64,000 bases of DNA from Selaginella moellendorffii. Taxonomy: Eukaryota; Plantae; Lycopodiophyta. The DNA lies in the NCBI RefSeq assembly GCF_000143415.4, contig NW_003314349.1, positions 750,214 through 814,213 of the forward strand, written 5' to 3'. The notes beneath the pieces were generated by a model, which saw nothing but the letters and a program-made list of their open reading frames with translations, searched no databases and was not told the origin of the DNA. This document shows positions 1 through 12,400 of the stretch, in pieces. The position numbers were made by a program, and so were the translations under genes. Every line of letters starts with the position of its first letter. Position 1 is the first letter of the stretch.

Positions 1-415
1 GATAAATAGGGATAAAATAGCCACTAAGGGGTGAGTGTAGCGCATGTGATCATGGGATGAGATTTGGATATACTGTCACCGTGGATCCTTAGAACTTTAA
101 ACCAAGGGTTGTTAGTTAATAGTCAATAAGGACATTGACATCTCTCAAGGATGAGATTTGGATATACTGTCACCGTGGATCCTTGGAACTTTAAACCAAG
201 GGTTGTTAGTCAATAGTCAATAAGGACATTGACATCTCTCAAGGGGGGGTGAGTGTAGCGCATATGATCATGGGATGAGATTTGGATATACTGTCACCGT
301 GGATCCTTGGAACCTTGGGGGATAAATGGGGATAAAATAGCCACTAAGGGCTCTCTCATCAAGCAATTGCCCCTTTTCCAGTTGGCTTAAGGGGAGAGAG
401 ATAAGGTGTGCTACA
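1..415 (+). mobile_element. 3' end of an LTR element/TRIM: PPT plus 162-bp LTR (254-415), preceded by rearranged partial duplicates
   Basis: Purine tract AAGGGGGGGTGAG (241-253), then TGTAGCGCA...TGTGCTACA inverted termini. The block GGATGAGATTTGGATATACTGTCACCGTGGATCCTT occurs 3 times in 1-310. Confidence 0.6.
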
Positions 416-735
416 GGGGTCCATCTTAAGTCTATCTCGGGTTTATCTCGGACTTCATCTTAGACTTCATCTCAGGTTTATCTCAAATTCCATCTTAAAC
501 TCCATCTCAAGTCCATCTTAGACTCCATTTAGGGTCCATCTCGAATTCCATCCCAAACTCCATCTGCGGTCCATCTTGGACTCCATCTGGAGTCCATCTC
601 AAGTCCATCTTGTGTCCATCTTGGACTTCATCTCGAACTCCATCTGGGGTCCATCTTGGACTACATCTAGGGTCCATATCAAGTCCATCTCGGGTCCATC
701 TTGGACTCAACCTTAGACTCCATCTTAGACTATTT
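416..735. repeat. Degenerate 12-bp tandem repeat (approx. CTCCATCTTGGA/GTCCATCTCGAA)
   Basis: CCATCT core recurs with ~12-bp period; explains spurious ORF 507-710. Confidence 0.85.
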
Positions 736-954
736 CATGTGTTATGTGTTAGTCTTCTTGTATCCCTTTTCTAGAGACTCACTTATTGCTCGCTTTGTGC
801 TTATTTCTCGAGCACTTTGGTGGAAGTTCCATTCCCACTCTTGGATTTTCAAGTTGAAGCTTTTAATCCAAATGTGTTATGCTTGGTTAGCTTTGCTTCA
901 GCCACTACCACGTGGCACCTTTTCGGCTCTATTTTGGGGCTTAGGGGTTTGTGT

Positions 955-1472
955 CTTACAAAAATGACTTGAAAGATGATCCATAAGAGTTCAAATATAA
1001 AGGGAAAGGGTCTATGAATAATAATACACCCCTTTTTTTAATTAGTTAAAGGTACTAGAAGATTTGGGGTTAAGTGTCTTTGGGTTTGAGTAATACTGGG
1101 CTAAGTGACCTCCTGAAAAATTCAAATTCAGGAGTTTACATTTGATATCAAAAGAGTGTTCAGGTTGATTCTAGGTTGGCTAAAGGAATCACACTACATG
1201 TTGAGATTAATATTTAGTGGTCTAATTTGGTTTGGTTGGATGTCCTTCCATTCATAAGGGCTTTAAAAGGAAACATGGTGGATCATAAGTAACCAAAGAC
1301 AATAATTCAAAAGATGATCCATCGAAATTCAAATATAAAGAAAAAATACCCATAAACAAAAATGCACCCTTTTTTTTAATTAGTTAAGGGTTTTGGGATA
1401 TTTTAAATTAAGTGTCCTTGGGTTTGAGTAATATTTTGGGTGAGCTCCCAGGAAGTTTAGGGTTTATCTTAC
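955..1472 (+). mobile_element. Decayed Cassandra-type TRIM
   Basis: Two degenerate LTRs with 5S-like GTTAAGTGTCTTTGGGTTTGAGTAATACTGGGCTAAGTGACCTCC; decayed PBS after 1140; homologous to 3142-3734 in the opposite orientation. Confidence 0.75.
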
Positions 1473-2704
1473 AAACCTCAAAACAGTTAACAATAGTTAT
1501 TATAACACAGTTCAATAAGTTGTAGATATAATGGGTTTTTAGTTGATGATACCGAATGGAAAAAATGTTTATAAAATCCTTGCTTTTTTAGAATGCCCTC
1601 ACAATTAAGATAATTATTTGTATTACTTTTTTTCTTATACACTCTAAAAGATCTTTACTTCTTATGAGATAAATATTAAAACTTCCTCTCTAAGGATTTC
1701 ATGCAAATAAATCTATTTTTTCATTATTAATATGCTTTACATAATATAAATATTAAAATGACAAATGCATGGCAAAACTAATCAAAACTACTATTTACTT
1801 CTACCGTCTAAAATAGTGTTGATGAAAATATTATCAACTTAACACAAATATATAAAAATGTTGAATAAAATATTCCTCTATCCAATGAAGAATAGTTAAA
1901 TATTTTTAATGATATCATTAATGTTATTAATCACCTAAATGAGTATAATCAATACAGTTTTATTGATGGCCCTAGTGGTTCTAGTAAAACATTTCTTCTT
2001 AACACTCTTATAAATATTTTATAACTAAAATAAATAAATGTTATTAATATATCTTGGATAGGAATTGCAAGTATTTTATTCTATAATAGGCACAATTCAC
2101 ACATTACTTTTAAACTTGCTATTCTAATAAATGAAACATCAATTTCTATTATAATTATTAATAGTAAAGCAGGTAAAAGAATCAAAAGTGCTAAGACATT
2201 ACTATGGGATGAAGTAAGTATAATTCATACTCATGCACTCATTGATGTTGATTGAGTGTTGCGAGACTTAAATAATACACCATTACATTTTGGTAGCATA
2301 ACTATTGTTACTAATGGTGACTTTAGATAGACACTTATAGTCATTCCATATGGATATAGGGTATAAATTGTTTCAAGTTCTGTAAAAATGAATAAATTAT
2401 GAATAAATTATGGTAATTCTTTAAAAAACTATCTTTGAAAATAAATATGCAACTTGCTAAAAGTGATAAATCATGGGGTGATTGACTTCTCCAAGTTGGA
2501 AATGATGAAATTTTTTAAAATTTACCATATTTACTTTTTAATTCCATTTTATTAACTCATACACAACTAATTTATTCATCTATTATCAATTTTTTCTACC
2601 CTTCAATACTTGATATTTCAAACCATTATATTACAACCAATATTACACCACTTAACGATGACACATTTCCAATTAACAACATTGTTGCTCTAGATTACAA
2701 GGTG

Positions 2705-2770
<66 letters not shown>

Positions 2771-2836
2771 CTGTTGTGTGTGTGTGTGTGTGTATGTGTA
2801 TATAAATATGTGTATATGTATATGTATATATATTTA
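2705..2836. repeat. Compound (TA)n/(TG)n microsatellite
   Basis: Directly visible. Confidence 0.95.
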
Positions 2837-3141
2837 TGAAAGTGTTAATTTTGTTGACACTGAATATCCTAAAACCTTTTCAACAAAATTCCTAAATTCT
2901 ATCACACCTTCCAGTCTCCCACCACATAAACTCTTTCATATAAGATGCCATATTTATCTTGCTAAGGAATATGTCTCCATCCATTTCATCCTAAAAAATG
3001 CACTACCAAATGTTTTAGATTATGAAATTATGATGTGGCAATTTAAAGAGACAAGAGTTTTTATCCCATATATCACACTAATGCCATTAAATGTAAAAAT
3101 TCCATTCAAATATCCGAAAGGCAGTTTCAAATCCATTTGAG

Positions 3142-3734
3142 TGTAAGCTCCTGAGTTTGGACTTCCCGGGAGGTCACCCAGCCCAGTACTATTCAAACCC
3201 AAGGACGCTTAACCCCAAATATCCCAAGACCCTTAACCGATTGGAAAAGGGGGTGCACTCTTGTTCATGGGCCCTTTCCCTCTATATTTGAACCCCATGG
3301 ATCGTCTCTCAAGTCGTTCCCTTTGGTTGCTTACAATCCACCACGCTTCCCTGCAAGTTCACGCCCTCGTGAACGGAAGCTGAGAGCTGCAGCTCTCCCG
3401 AGAGCCTCGCTCTCTTGACACCCTACCCCTCGGGTCGAGCCCAGCGGGAGCAAACTGGACCAGCCAGATGTCAATCAACATGTGGTGTGATTCCCTTAGC
3501 CAACCAACAGAGTCGGACCCGAGACCGCTCTGATACCAAATGTAAGCTCCTGAGTTTGGACTTCCCGGGAGGTCACCCAGCCTAGTACTATTCAAACCCA
3601 AGGACGCTTAACCCCAAATATCCCAAGACCCTTAACCGATTGGAAAAGGGGGTGCACTCTTGTTCATGGGCCCTTTCCCTCTATATTTGAACCCCATGGA
3701 TCGTCTCTCAAGTCGTTCCCTTTGGTTGCTTACA
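3142..3734 (-). mobile_element. Intact Cassandra-type TRIM with a 5S rRNA-derived domain in its LTRs
   Basis: 194-bp LTRs at 3142-3335 and 3541-3734 (one visible mismatch); TGTAAGC...GCTTACA termini; 5-bp TSD TTGAG (3137-3141 and 3735-3739); tRNA-iMet PBS TGGTATCAGAGC on the minus strand (~3527-3538). Minus-strand GTTAAGCGTCCTTGGGTTTGAATAGTACTGGGCTGGGTGACCTCCCGGGAAGTCC resembles the 5S internal control region. Confidence 0.95.
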
Positions 3735-4329
3735 TTGAGTTACTACTTAACAATCTTTAAATGCCAAAGATAAACATTTGACTGAAGTTTCCCCATATAG
3801 TTTTCACTCATGGACAGTTTTATATGGCTTTATCAAGATGCACAACACACCATAGATTTAGAATTAAAGTTCAAAACACCACACATTAGGGTTGCCTCTT
3901 TTCTCTGTTTTTACAATCAACAGTCTATAAAGAGGTTTTATATAAAACTTCTTTCTAAACCACCCAGCATTTCTTGGGCAATATTTAATGCATATATGGT
4001 GCGCTAATGCATGCCAATGTGTAAGAAAAAAGTTCTGCTCAAAATATTATTTTATGAGTTAAACATGTATATTACAATAATTTAAGCATACATGTGTTTT
4101 TTTTTTCATATATTTTGCAGGTTTGCAAATTGTTTTGCCAAGCCACCCACCCTATATACACTACCTCCCCCCCCAAAGTGCAATCACAAATTGCTTGCTA
4201 TACTATATCCAAAATTATAAGTAGAAAGAGGTAAAAGATTTGGCTCATTTTAAATAGATTGATTTTGTTAAAATCTTCAATTATTTTTTGATTTGTTATA
4301 ATCTCTATAACTTTTATATTAGTAGAAAT

Positions 4330-5220
4330 CTAACAAAGTGTATTTGAATCCCAAACTTTTCTTTTTACTGATTTAGTGCTAAATGTCCTTTGATATGAGA
4401 AATATAAAACTAAATTACAATTATTTTGTAATTCTAAGTGTGAATTTTCATAGCAATTATAATACTTACAATAAGTACCAGAAGCCCAAATACTTTTTTT
4501 ATTAGAAGAATATAAAACTAAATTTCCATCTTCTTGTAATCTTAATACACAATTATTGCCTTTATTTGTTATTTTTGCAAACCATAAACTTATATTTTTA
4601 GTATATAATATTAGAGTACAATCACTACTTAAGTATAAATATGCTTTATGATTTAAAGAAACTAGGAAATATGCTGATAATAAATGCTGGTTTGGCATAT
4701 TAGTATACCCACTTATTAACATATTTATTAAAATGTTACACCTAAAATTTCTCATTGCAAGTATTTGATGACTACGAGGTGTATAGTTTCTAATGTAATA
4801 AAATATAACAAAATGTTCAGTAGTTATAGTTATAGAAGAAGCAGCAAAATTTATGAAATCATTATAGGATTGTTCTAAAATATTTGTCAATGTGTTTCAA
4901 ATGATAGAGCCTACATCTTCTCCACCACCTTCATTATTTGAACCACAAAGTTGTGCAACTGTTTCTAAAATAAAAACACCATATTCAATGTTTGTGTTAG
5001 TTAAATTTGGATTTGTAATAGCTAAAGATCCATATACCCATTGATCTCTTGGAAGTATACCATTTGGTATAGAATTAATTGCAGCACGAATAACTTGGAA
5101 AATAGTATTCAATACTTCTTCACTTAAAACATCAAGATCACCTGTTTCAAAATTAGTATCTTGAGAAACTCCTATTTTGAATAAAATGATTATAAATGAA
5201 ATTGATATTAACCTACTCAT
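4330..5220 (-). pseudogene. Secreted bulb-type (GNA) mannose-binding lectin-domain gene with one in-frame TGA
   Basis: ORFs 4897-5220 and 4330-4890 are in the same frame, separated only by TGA at 4897-4899. Hydrophobic N-terminal signal; QxDxNxVxY motifs LQEDGNLVLY and LQNNCNLVLY; IWASGT. Confidence 0.75.
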
Positions 5221-5865
5221 TATTTCACCATCGAATATACATTTAAAAAAAATTCTTGAGTCTTATAAGTACTCAATTTTAAATGGCATTGGGCAAAAAT
5301 ATTTTGGCCAGAACTTTGAAGTTCGTTTTTATTTGACAATAAAGCAAAGGTATCTAATTCAAAAATATGTTGTTTATTAGTAAATTATTCTTAGTGTTTG
5401 GATTTTGTTTCAAGTTTATTATCTCCAAAATTTCTGGTGGTTCTAAAGAAACCTAGAATATATTTGTATATTCTAGAATCTAATTGTTGATTTATATTCT
5501 ACTATAAACCATATATATATGTATGTATTTATATATGTGTAAAACCTTAAACCGATGTTTAACTTCTGACGTACCATGTTGGACGAGGAGAAACGTCACT
5601 AGTCTATGATATTGTGTCTTCCAAACAAAGACACAAAGACATGAACTGAAGTCACTCTTGAGATGGTGTTTTAGGGACTGTAATCAAGGTAATTATACTA
5701 ATTAACTATTAATCAGTTAGATTGTGTAAAATTATTTTAAAACCAGAAACATTCTCAAAAGAAAATGAAACGAGAAAAAGATGGCGAAACCAAAAACCTC
5801 ACTTACCAAGCTTACTTTCGTGTAGTATTGAAGTTTAGATCGACAGAGAGGATGAGAGCTCTTCT

Positions 5866-7893
5866 TTAAAACTTGAACGACCTCCGCATTTCAGTAGATC
5901 TCCTCACAGCGCCACCATCGCGACCATCACCAGCTTTTGCCTTGCCAATCGAAGCGCGCGGCTGTGGCGAGCGAACCATCTCTGGAAGCCGGCCATTGGA
6001 AAGAGAGTGCCTTCTCGGGCTAGTGTCGTTGCCATTGGGACCTCCTGGAAGTGAAAGCCTCCGTGGAGGAGCTTCGCCATAGCTCGCCTTGGTGCTATTC
6101 GGTCCAGGGATGGAGAACCTCCTCTTCCCCGTCTCCGTCGGTGACGCGCTCTTGGGACTCTGGCCGCGGACCTTGGCCTTGGCCGATTGCGTCGCTGCCA
6201 TGTATGACGGAACGCGCGTTCGGTGAGGAGTAGTAGCGTTGTCTATGTTGTTCTCAACTTTCGTTGAAAAGTATCCCTGCTTGGTCGAATCCTCGGCCCG
6301 AGCAATGCGAGCTGTGCCTTCCTCTTCTTCTTCTTCCTCCTCTTCTTCTTCGTTGTCATCCTCGTCCTGATGGTGGTGGTGGCGGCCATTGTCCTGATCC
6401 AACGCTTCCTCTTCTTCTCCAAAAGCTTGGTCTTCGTCCGGGTACTCGTCATGTCCGTTACCGTGGTCGACCTCGTGGCCGTTGGTGTGGTCATTCTCAG
6501 CTGGCGGAGAGAGCGTCTCGGTGGCGTCGTAGAGCTCTGGTGAGTCTTCGTCGATATGAGGAGCGTCGGAGGTTCTTGGTTCGGTGTATTCCGCAGTGGG
6601 AACTTCTTTCGCTGGCTCGTCGTGTACCACCTCCTGGGCCGCCGGGTGTGGGTGTTGGTGTGAGTTTAGTTCTGGCGTTGGATACGTCTCGCTTTTCTCT
6701 GCGATCGTGTCAGGCGGATACGAAGGCGAAGATTTGACTTGCGTTGGAAGCTCCTGTTTGTGCTGTCTTGGGCTTTGTTCCGGGATGTCCACGCCGTCGG
6801 TCATTGCCCATGGCCGAGCGAGTGTCCAACGCTGCAGCCATCCCCATCCGGAGCCAGACTCCAGCGCCGAGTCGATGTACAATGGTTGCTTCCTCGACTT
6901 TTTCCATTCCCGCTGCATTCAAAACAATTAGCTTCCGGTATCTATAGGAAAACATGCTCACCTGTCGTTGCATTGCTTGATCTGCATTCTTTGTGTTGCT
7001 GCTGACGCGGTAAATCCCCTTGTATGGCTTGTGGTCCTGAAATGCTGGAAAATTCAGGAAAACCATTAACTGTGTAGGAATAACTCACCGCTAATTGCCA
7101 GGAGTCTTCTGTGAGCTGCCTGTAACGTTGGAGAAGATACTTGATTGCCTGGCCTTCCTCCGATAGTCGAACCTGCCGGCCTCGGAAAATGGCTTGGACG
7201 CGAACAATCGCTTGCACGCATTTTAAAGCTGCCGCAGCCTCTCTACGCACAGCATGACCGCGAGCCAAAGCCTGTAGCCTGATCAGACCTCTTAAAGCAT
7301 GAAGTGCCCGCCGAGCCTACGAGAAACAAACGTTGAAACAAATAGGAACAAGAAAATGGACGTAACGTACCAGATAGCTTCGAAAAGCCTTTTGGACTTT
7401 CACAGCCGCGAGATCCTCCTTGCTGATAACTTTCTGGAAGATATCATCGTCCACGACATCGAGCTCCGGGTCCTCGCGAGATGCATGATTGAGTTCTTCG
7501 GCAGACTCCTCAACGGATTCATCCGTGCACTGTATCTGCCGATCCAGTTTCACTGGTGGGCATATGCATAGATCAGCACGGGGAGGAGGCGGATCTTCCT
7601 TCTTCGCATGAACGGGCTCAATTGGAGATGGTGGCTGCGCAGGAACCACTTGCGGAATTTCGTTAAAGATGGGCTTCGTTGGGACAACCTGGAAAACCAA
7701 AGAGAAAAACAAAGAGCATTAATCCAAGTGCTAGAACGATGATCGAAGAGAGAGACTAACGAGGACGTACAAACTCACTATCCGATGGCTTTGCCGGTGT
7801 TTTCTCTGACGACTTCGAGGGCGTCTTCTCCTTGGACGAGGATTTCTTCTTGAGGCCGAGAACTTTCTTGATCCATCTCGCGGACTTCCCCAT
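5866..7893 (-). CDS. IQD: IQ67-domain calmodulin-binding protein (multi-exon)
   Basis: MGKSARWIKKVLG N-terminus; IQ67 AAVKVQKAFRSYL/ARRALHALRGLIRLQALARGHAVRRE split by the conserved intron; WGWLQRW; DUF4005-type PSYMAATQSAKAKVR. Confidence 0.92.
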
Positions 7894-8393
7894 CGCAAAC
7901 CCGCACTGAAGAACACAGGAATTAGGTCTGTGCCGTGACAAAAACACGACAAAACAAGCGATGGTTGATCGATCCTGTCACTCCGGATGCATGAGAAGCG
8001 AAATGCGGGCAGATCTGCAAGTACCTGGCGCCTTGGATGCGATAATCCGCCTCCTCAAGCCCCGAGAACCTCCAATCCCTTCATCTGCGACACCAAAACC
8101 CTGTAGAGATTTTCGAGACGGCATGGATCCGAGAGCTGTGTACCTGGCGACGCCGAGAGAATGCCGATTCAAGCCCGCATTGACGCGATACCTGGAGATT
8201 ACGCGAGAATGCCGGCGGCGGATGCTCCTGATCGGCGCCTAGAGCTCCAGCGGCAGCAGCGGCAGGAGATAGAACTGGAAGATCTCCGGTCGCATTCACG
8301 CCTCCTCGCAGGCGCCGCGACAGTGAGAGAAGACAAGAGCTATGGCGCTCCCCAAAAGGATTAGCGGCGAAGAACACACACTGCTAGGTAGCG

Positions 8394-8680
8394 AGAGAGA
8401 GAAAGAGAGAGAGCACAGCGCGGCCACTCTGTAAGCAAATAGCGACGGGCGCCCGTCAAAGTAGTAATATTTAATAGCCCCTTAAAAACTACTGGCCCCA
8501 CTCTCTGTAAGCTCCGGTAAATATCCAGCCTATAATTGGTTAAAACAGGCGCCTGCTTATACCGCCGGTAAACTCTTCACGGATGGGCGCGTTCCGTACG
8601 CCGGGCCAAAAATCCCAAAAGCCTCGGAGGCGGAATCTCACCGTACGTCTGCCACGTGGCACCTGCGCCCGACACGTGGC
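8394..8680. promoter_or_regulatory. IQD upstream region: GA repeat and paired G-box/ABRE elements
   Basis: (GA)n at ~8394-8412; GCCACGTGGC at 8651-8660; GACACGTGGC at 8671-8680. Confidence 0.5.
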
Positions 8681-9476
8681 GTTTATATTAAGCAAGCGAC
8701 CAACGGCGGTGATTGCGTCATAGGATATGCGGATAATATATTTTCATGTGGTTTGCATGATTGGCATTCACATGGTTGGGCCTGGGTAAATGTCATGCAA
8801 GTTTTTCTACTTTTGTGTCTATATTTCTTTTGGTGGTCAGTTTTTTTCAAGAAGAGGGTGTGAAGTTGCTAGCTATTTTCTACGTCAATGTGTGGGTGGC
8901 ACAAAAACAAGCCTACCATCACCATCATTTGGTGTTGTCCATTTATTTCTCTCATACTTTTTGGCTTTGCTTTTGCTTTGCTCGATCGCTCGCTCCATCG
9001 ATCGATCGATCTAAACCTGTGACGTGATTGAGATTTACAACTCACTCACTCGCGAGCGAGCGAGCGAAGGGTCCGTTACCTGGAGCCTTCAAAGTCTATA
9101 AAGACTTTTTCTTGCTCGAGCCATCACAGGAGTCAGTCGTTGTCCATGCGATATAGATGATGCCGTTGAGCCCGTTTTTGTTCTTCAGTACTGGTACTTT
9201 CCATAGATCTGGAATGGCCAAGAGTTAGAACTATAGGCTCGTAGGTAGGCAGATACTCACAGTGGCATCGCATAACTTACATTCCCGCGAGACAATCTTG
9301 TTGACTTCTCTCTTGAAACGATCTCGAGTGAGTGATGTAACTCGCGACCATCGTAATCGTTGCGTAACTTTCTTGCTTGGAAGGATCATCCATCCACCTG
9401 ATATGACGCTTAACTTCTTCCAATTCACCTATCCGAAAGTGATTAGTTTGGATGAGACGAAAAGGCTGCTTATAGC

Positions 9477-12400
9477 TTACGTCTTTCTGTAGTCGATGCG
9501 TTTCCTCTTCTTCTGTGCGCCTCTCTTCTGGCCCAGCTTGATCTTTTTCCTGGCGGTTTTCTCGGGGTCTACCAATGCCGCGATGGATTTTGCACGCTTG
9601 CGGTTATCCTTGCGTTGCATTACGTCAAGAGAGACTTGATTGTAGGCCGTCGCAAAACTCTCGGGTCCTACAAGCTCCCGAATCTCCTCCCGAACTCCCT
9701 CGGCGAATGCTCTCAGGTCCGCTGTAGCACAGAGCAGAATTTAGAAACCAAAGCTAGATCAAGTAACTAGATAACCTGGAGCAGTCGAACGTTCCACTTT
9801 CAGCAAGGGACTAAGTATATTTGGCAAATAAGCGGCTGACGCTTCTCTTCCAAGTCGACTCACTAAAGATGTGTACCACGTTAACACACACTTCGCCTGC
9901 ATCAAACATCCAATAGTCAAGCAACAGCTCCTGGAGAGAAACAATAGCATACCTGTGAGCCCTCGAAAGAAACTCTCTCAAGCCTCCGAAGAAAGAGAGT
10001 AAGAGGATCGTTTTTGGTCAGTGTCTTACTGAGCTGGTCCATCGTTCCCGATTTCTGTCTTAACATTGTCAATGCCTTGGTCACTCTTTCGTCCTGCATG
10101 TCATCCAGCTTCAGGGAGGGGACGCTTAAGGACGCAGCCACTGTTGTCAAGTTCTTCACAACATGACCACCTAGCTCTTCGTCGAAGACATCCGACGCCA
10201 TTTGCTCACAGCATATGGCCCCAAAAAGAAACAGCCATCTCAAATCGTTGAGCAAGGAGGCGTCATCGTTTTCGAAATAAGAACCAAATAATCGTGCGGA
10301 CACGGTTCGCACTGAGACATGTCCGTGCAGTAAGAAATCTTGGATTGTTGTCCATGTTTCCTAAAAGAACTTGGTAAGCATAAAAACGATAGGGAACAAA
10401 CCATCTACCTGTGATAAACGACTGGGAAATCGTTGGAATACTTTCTCAATCAATAGTAGTATGTGAAAGCTTTCTTTCCAATGAGCCTCCGCCGACTGCT
10501 CCAATATCGTTATAATCGCAGGCCAGAAATCGTTTAAGTGACGTTCAAAATTCTTGCCCATAACATCCACAAGTATCCCGGTGGCCTGAAAGAAACTGAA
10601 GGTTTAGACCACAAGCCCTTCACGATATGCTTTACCTGTGTAGCCGGCAACCAAAGGCCTTGTTTTTCACTTTTCATCCAAGACAGCAAGTATCCTTTCA
10701 TTTGCTCGAGCATTTGCGCTCCTACGCGTTCCATGAGGATTCTTAAAACTGTCTGCAATAGAACCTGAACGTTGTCGTCTTTGTCATTGGCTAGCCTGGT
10801 GATCAGCGTCAGGAAAAAGCTTTCAGCTTGCTCCATCAAAACTGGGTCAGGAAACTTCACGATGATTGTATGTAGCATCTCGAGTGCTGCTTCCCTACCA
10901 GTGACATGTTCATACCTGATTTAAATACAGAAAAGAAAACATGAATCACCAACTTGAAACAAGGACAAAGCAAGTTTACCCGAGATTTCCCAGCAAAAAA
11001 TCAATATGACGTTGTAAGCGCTTCGCAGCGAGTGGATAGTCGAGCAAGAACTGTAGGAGAATCTCACTGCACCGCTGTCGAGTGGACGGATACTGACTGG
11101 TAATCATCAGCTTCTGAACTCTTGTCATCAAGTCATAAATCTCGGGTACTACAAGCTTCCTTGCGACCACTGCCTTCAGTAACGATAAACACTGGGCACT
11201 CTGTTTCTCAATCTCCACGAAGATGTTCAAACGCAGAAGATCGTGTACTTGAGCCTTCGACAAGGTTACGCTCTTGCAGTGCCGTAAGATAACAGATAAA
11301 AGCTTCATGCAGGCTTGCATGAGCGGGTTGTCAGTAGTCGAGGAACTGCCAGCGAGTGAAAAAACTGAGCTTACGATCGCTCCTCCAGCCGAAGTGATAG
11401 TTGATAGCGGCAGCTTTAGCAGAATGCTCAAGCATCTCATAGACTCGGATATGACGCCGGTGTACTTCACGGATAGGCACTTCGCGAGTAGCGGAACAAA
11501 AGAATCGAGCGTAGACACTTCCTCTGGCGTTGGCTGGATGCGCCTTAACCGGTCGTGCAATAAGTTTAACGCGAACTCAGCGAGTATATGCAAAGAGTTG
11601 CCATCGTCACCGGTCGTAGTCACGTCAGGCTTCGGCCTAAACAACTCCTCTACAAGCTCGCGTACAAAGACTAAAATCTGTCGATCAGTAGCCGACGAGT
11701 TTTCCTGAATCCCTGCTGTGACATTCTTAAGAACCAACTGAACCTTCGCAAGAACCTTGAGAGAAGAGCTGGTTTTTTCTCTGATAGATTGTAGAAGCCG
11801 ATGGATGTGAGCGTCGAATGTCATCACCTGAGCTATAAGCCGGAAGCTGTCATACGAGCGTGCCTGCTTCCTTTCCTTCATTTTTCTTGCTAGAGCTTCC
11901 ACCTCCTTCTCTGCGGCCACCTCGCCAAAAACCTCTTCCTCCAGAATTTTCAGCATGTCTTCCAAGCAGTAATCGATGTCCCCCACCCGAAGCGTCGGAA
12001 TAAGTCTGATCAGGATGGTGTTTAAGGTGTATCCCAGGACGTGCTTCTCATAGCCGCGTTTCAAAGAAGAGTGGAGCATTTTCACTGTAAATTGGAGGTA
12101 CTTGGCTCCCAGTACTTCAACCATGCCGACAATAGAAGATCTGGCTGCGTCGCGAATTTCCTGACTCCTGCTCTTTAAAAAATTTGTTATAGTCTGGAAA
12201 AGCTGAGGAAGATGTTTTCTAATTGCTTGCTCGGGCAGCAGCTTGAGTACTTTGATGGCCACGACACTCACAGGAACGTTCACCGACTCGTTAGTAAGCA
12301 TGAGCTTCGAGAGCTGGGGAAGGACTTTATCCTCCAAAAACTTGCTTTCTTCGTCCCCGATTTGAGAAAATTGTGTCCGCTCTAACAGCAAACATATCAG

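Larger units (their letters stand above)
1780..3850 (+). mobile_element. Decayed Helitron PIF1-type helicase (stops, frameshifts, microsatellite and TRIM insertions)
   Basis: Translated motifs FIDGPSGSSKTFL (~1960-2000), LWDE, GDFR*TL, LNSITPSSLPPHKL, RQFQIHL/SYYLTIFKCQR*T and VFTHGQFYMALSR match PIF1 helicase motifs in the correct order. Confidence 0.85.

Noticed and set aside
507-710. Repetitive 67-aa ORF
   Set aside because: Translation of the 12-bp satellite.
3150-3215. 5S rRNA gene
   Set aside because: Only the internal promoter segment is present and it lies within TRIM LTRs.
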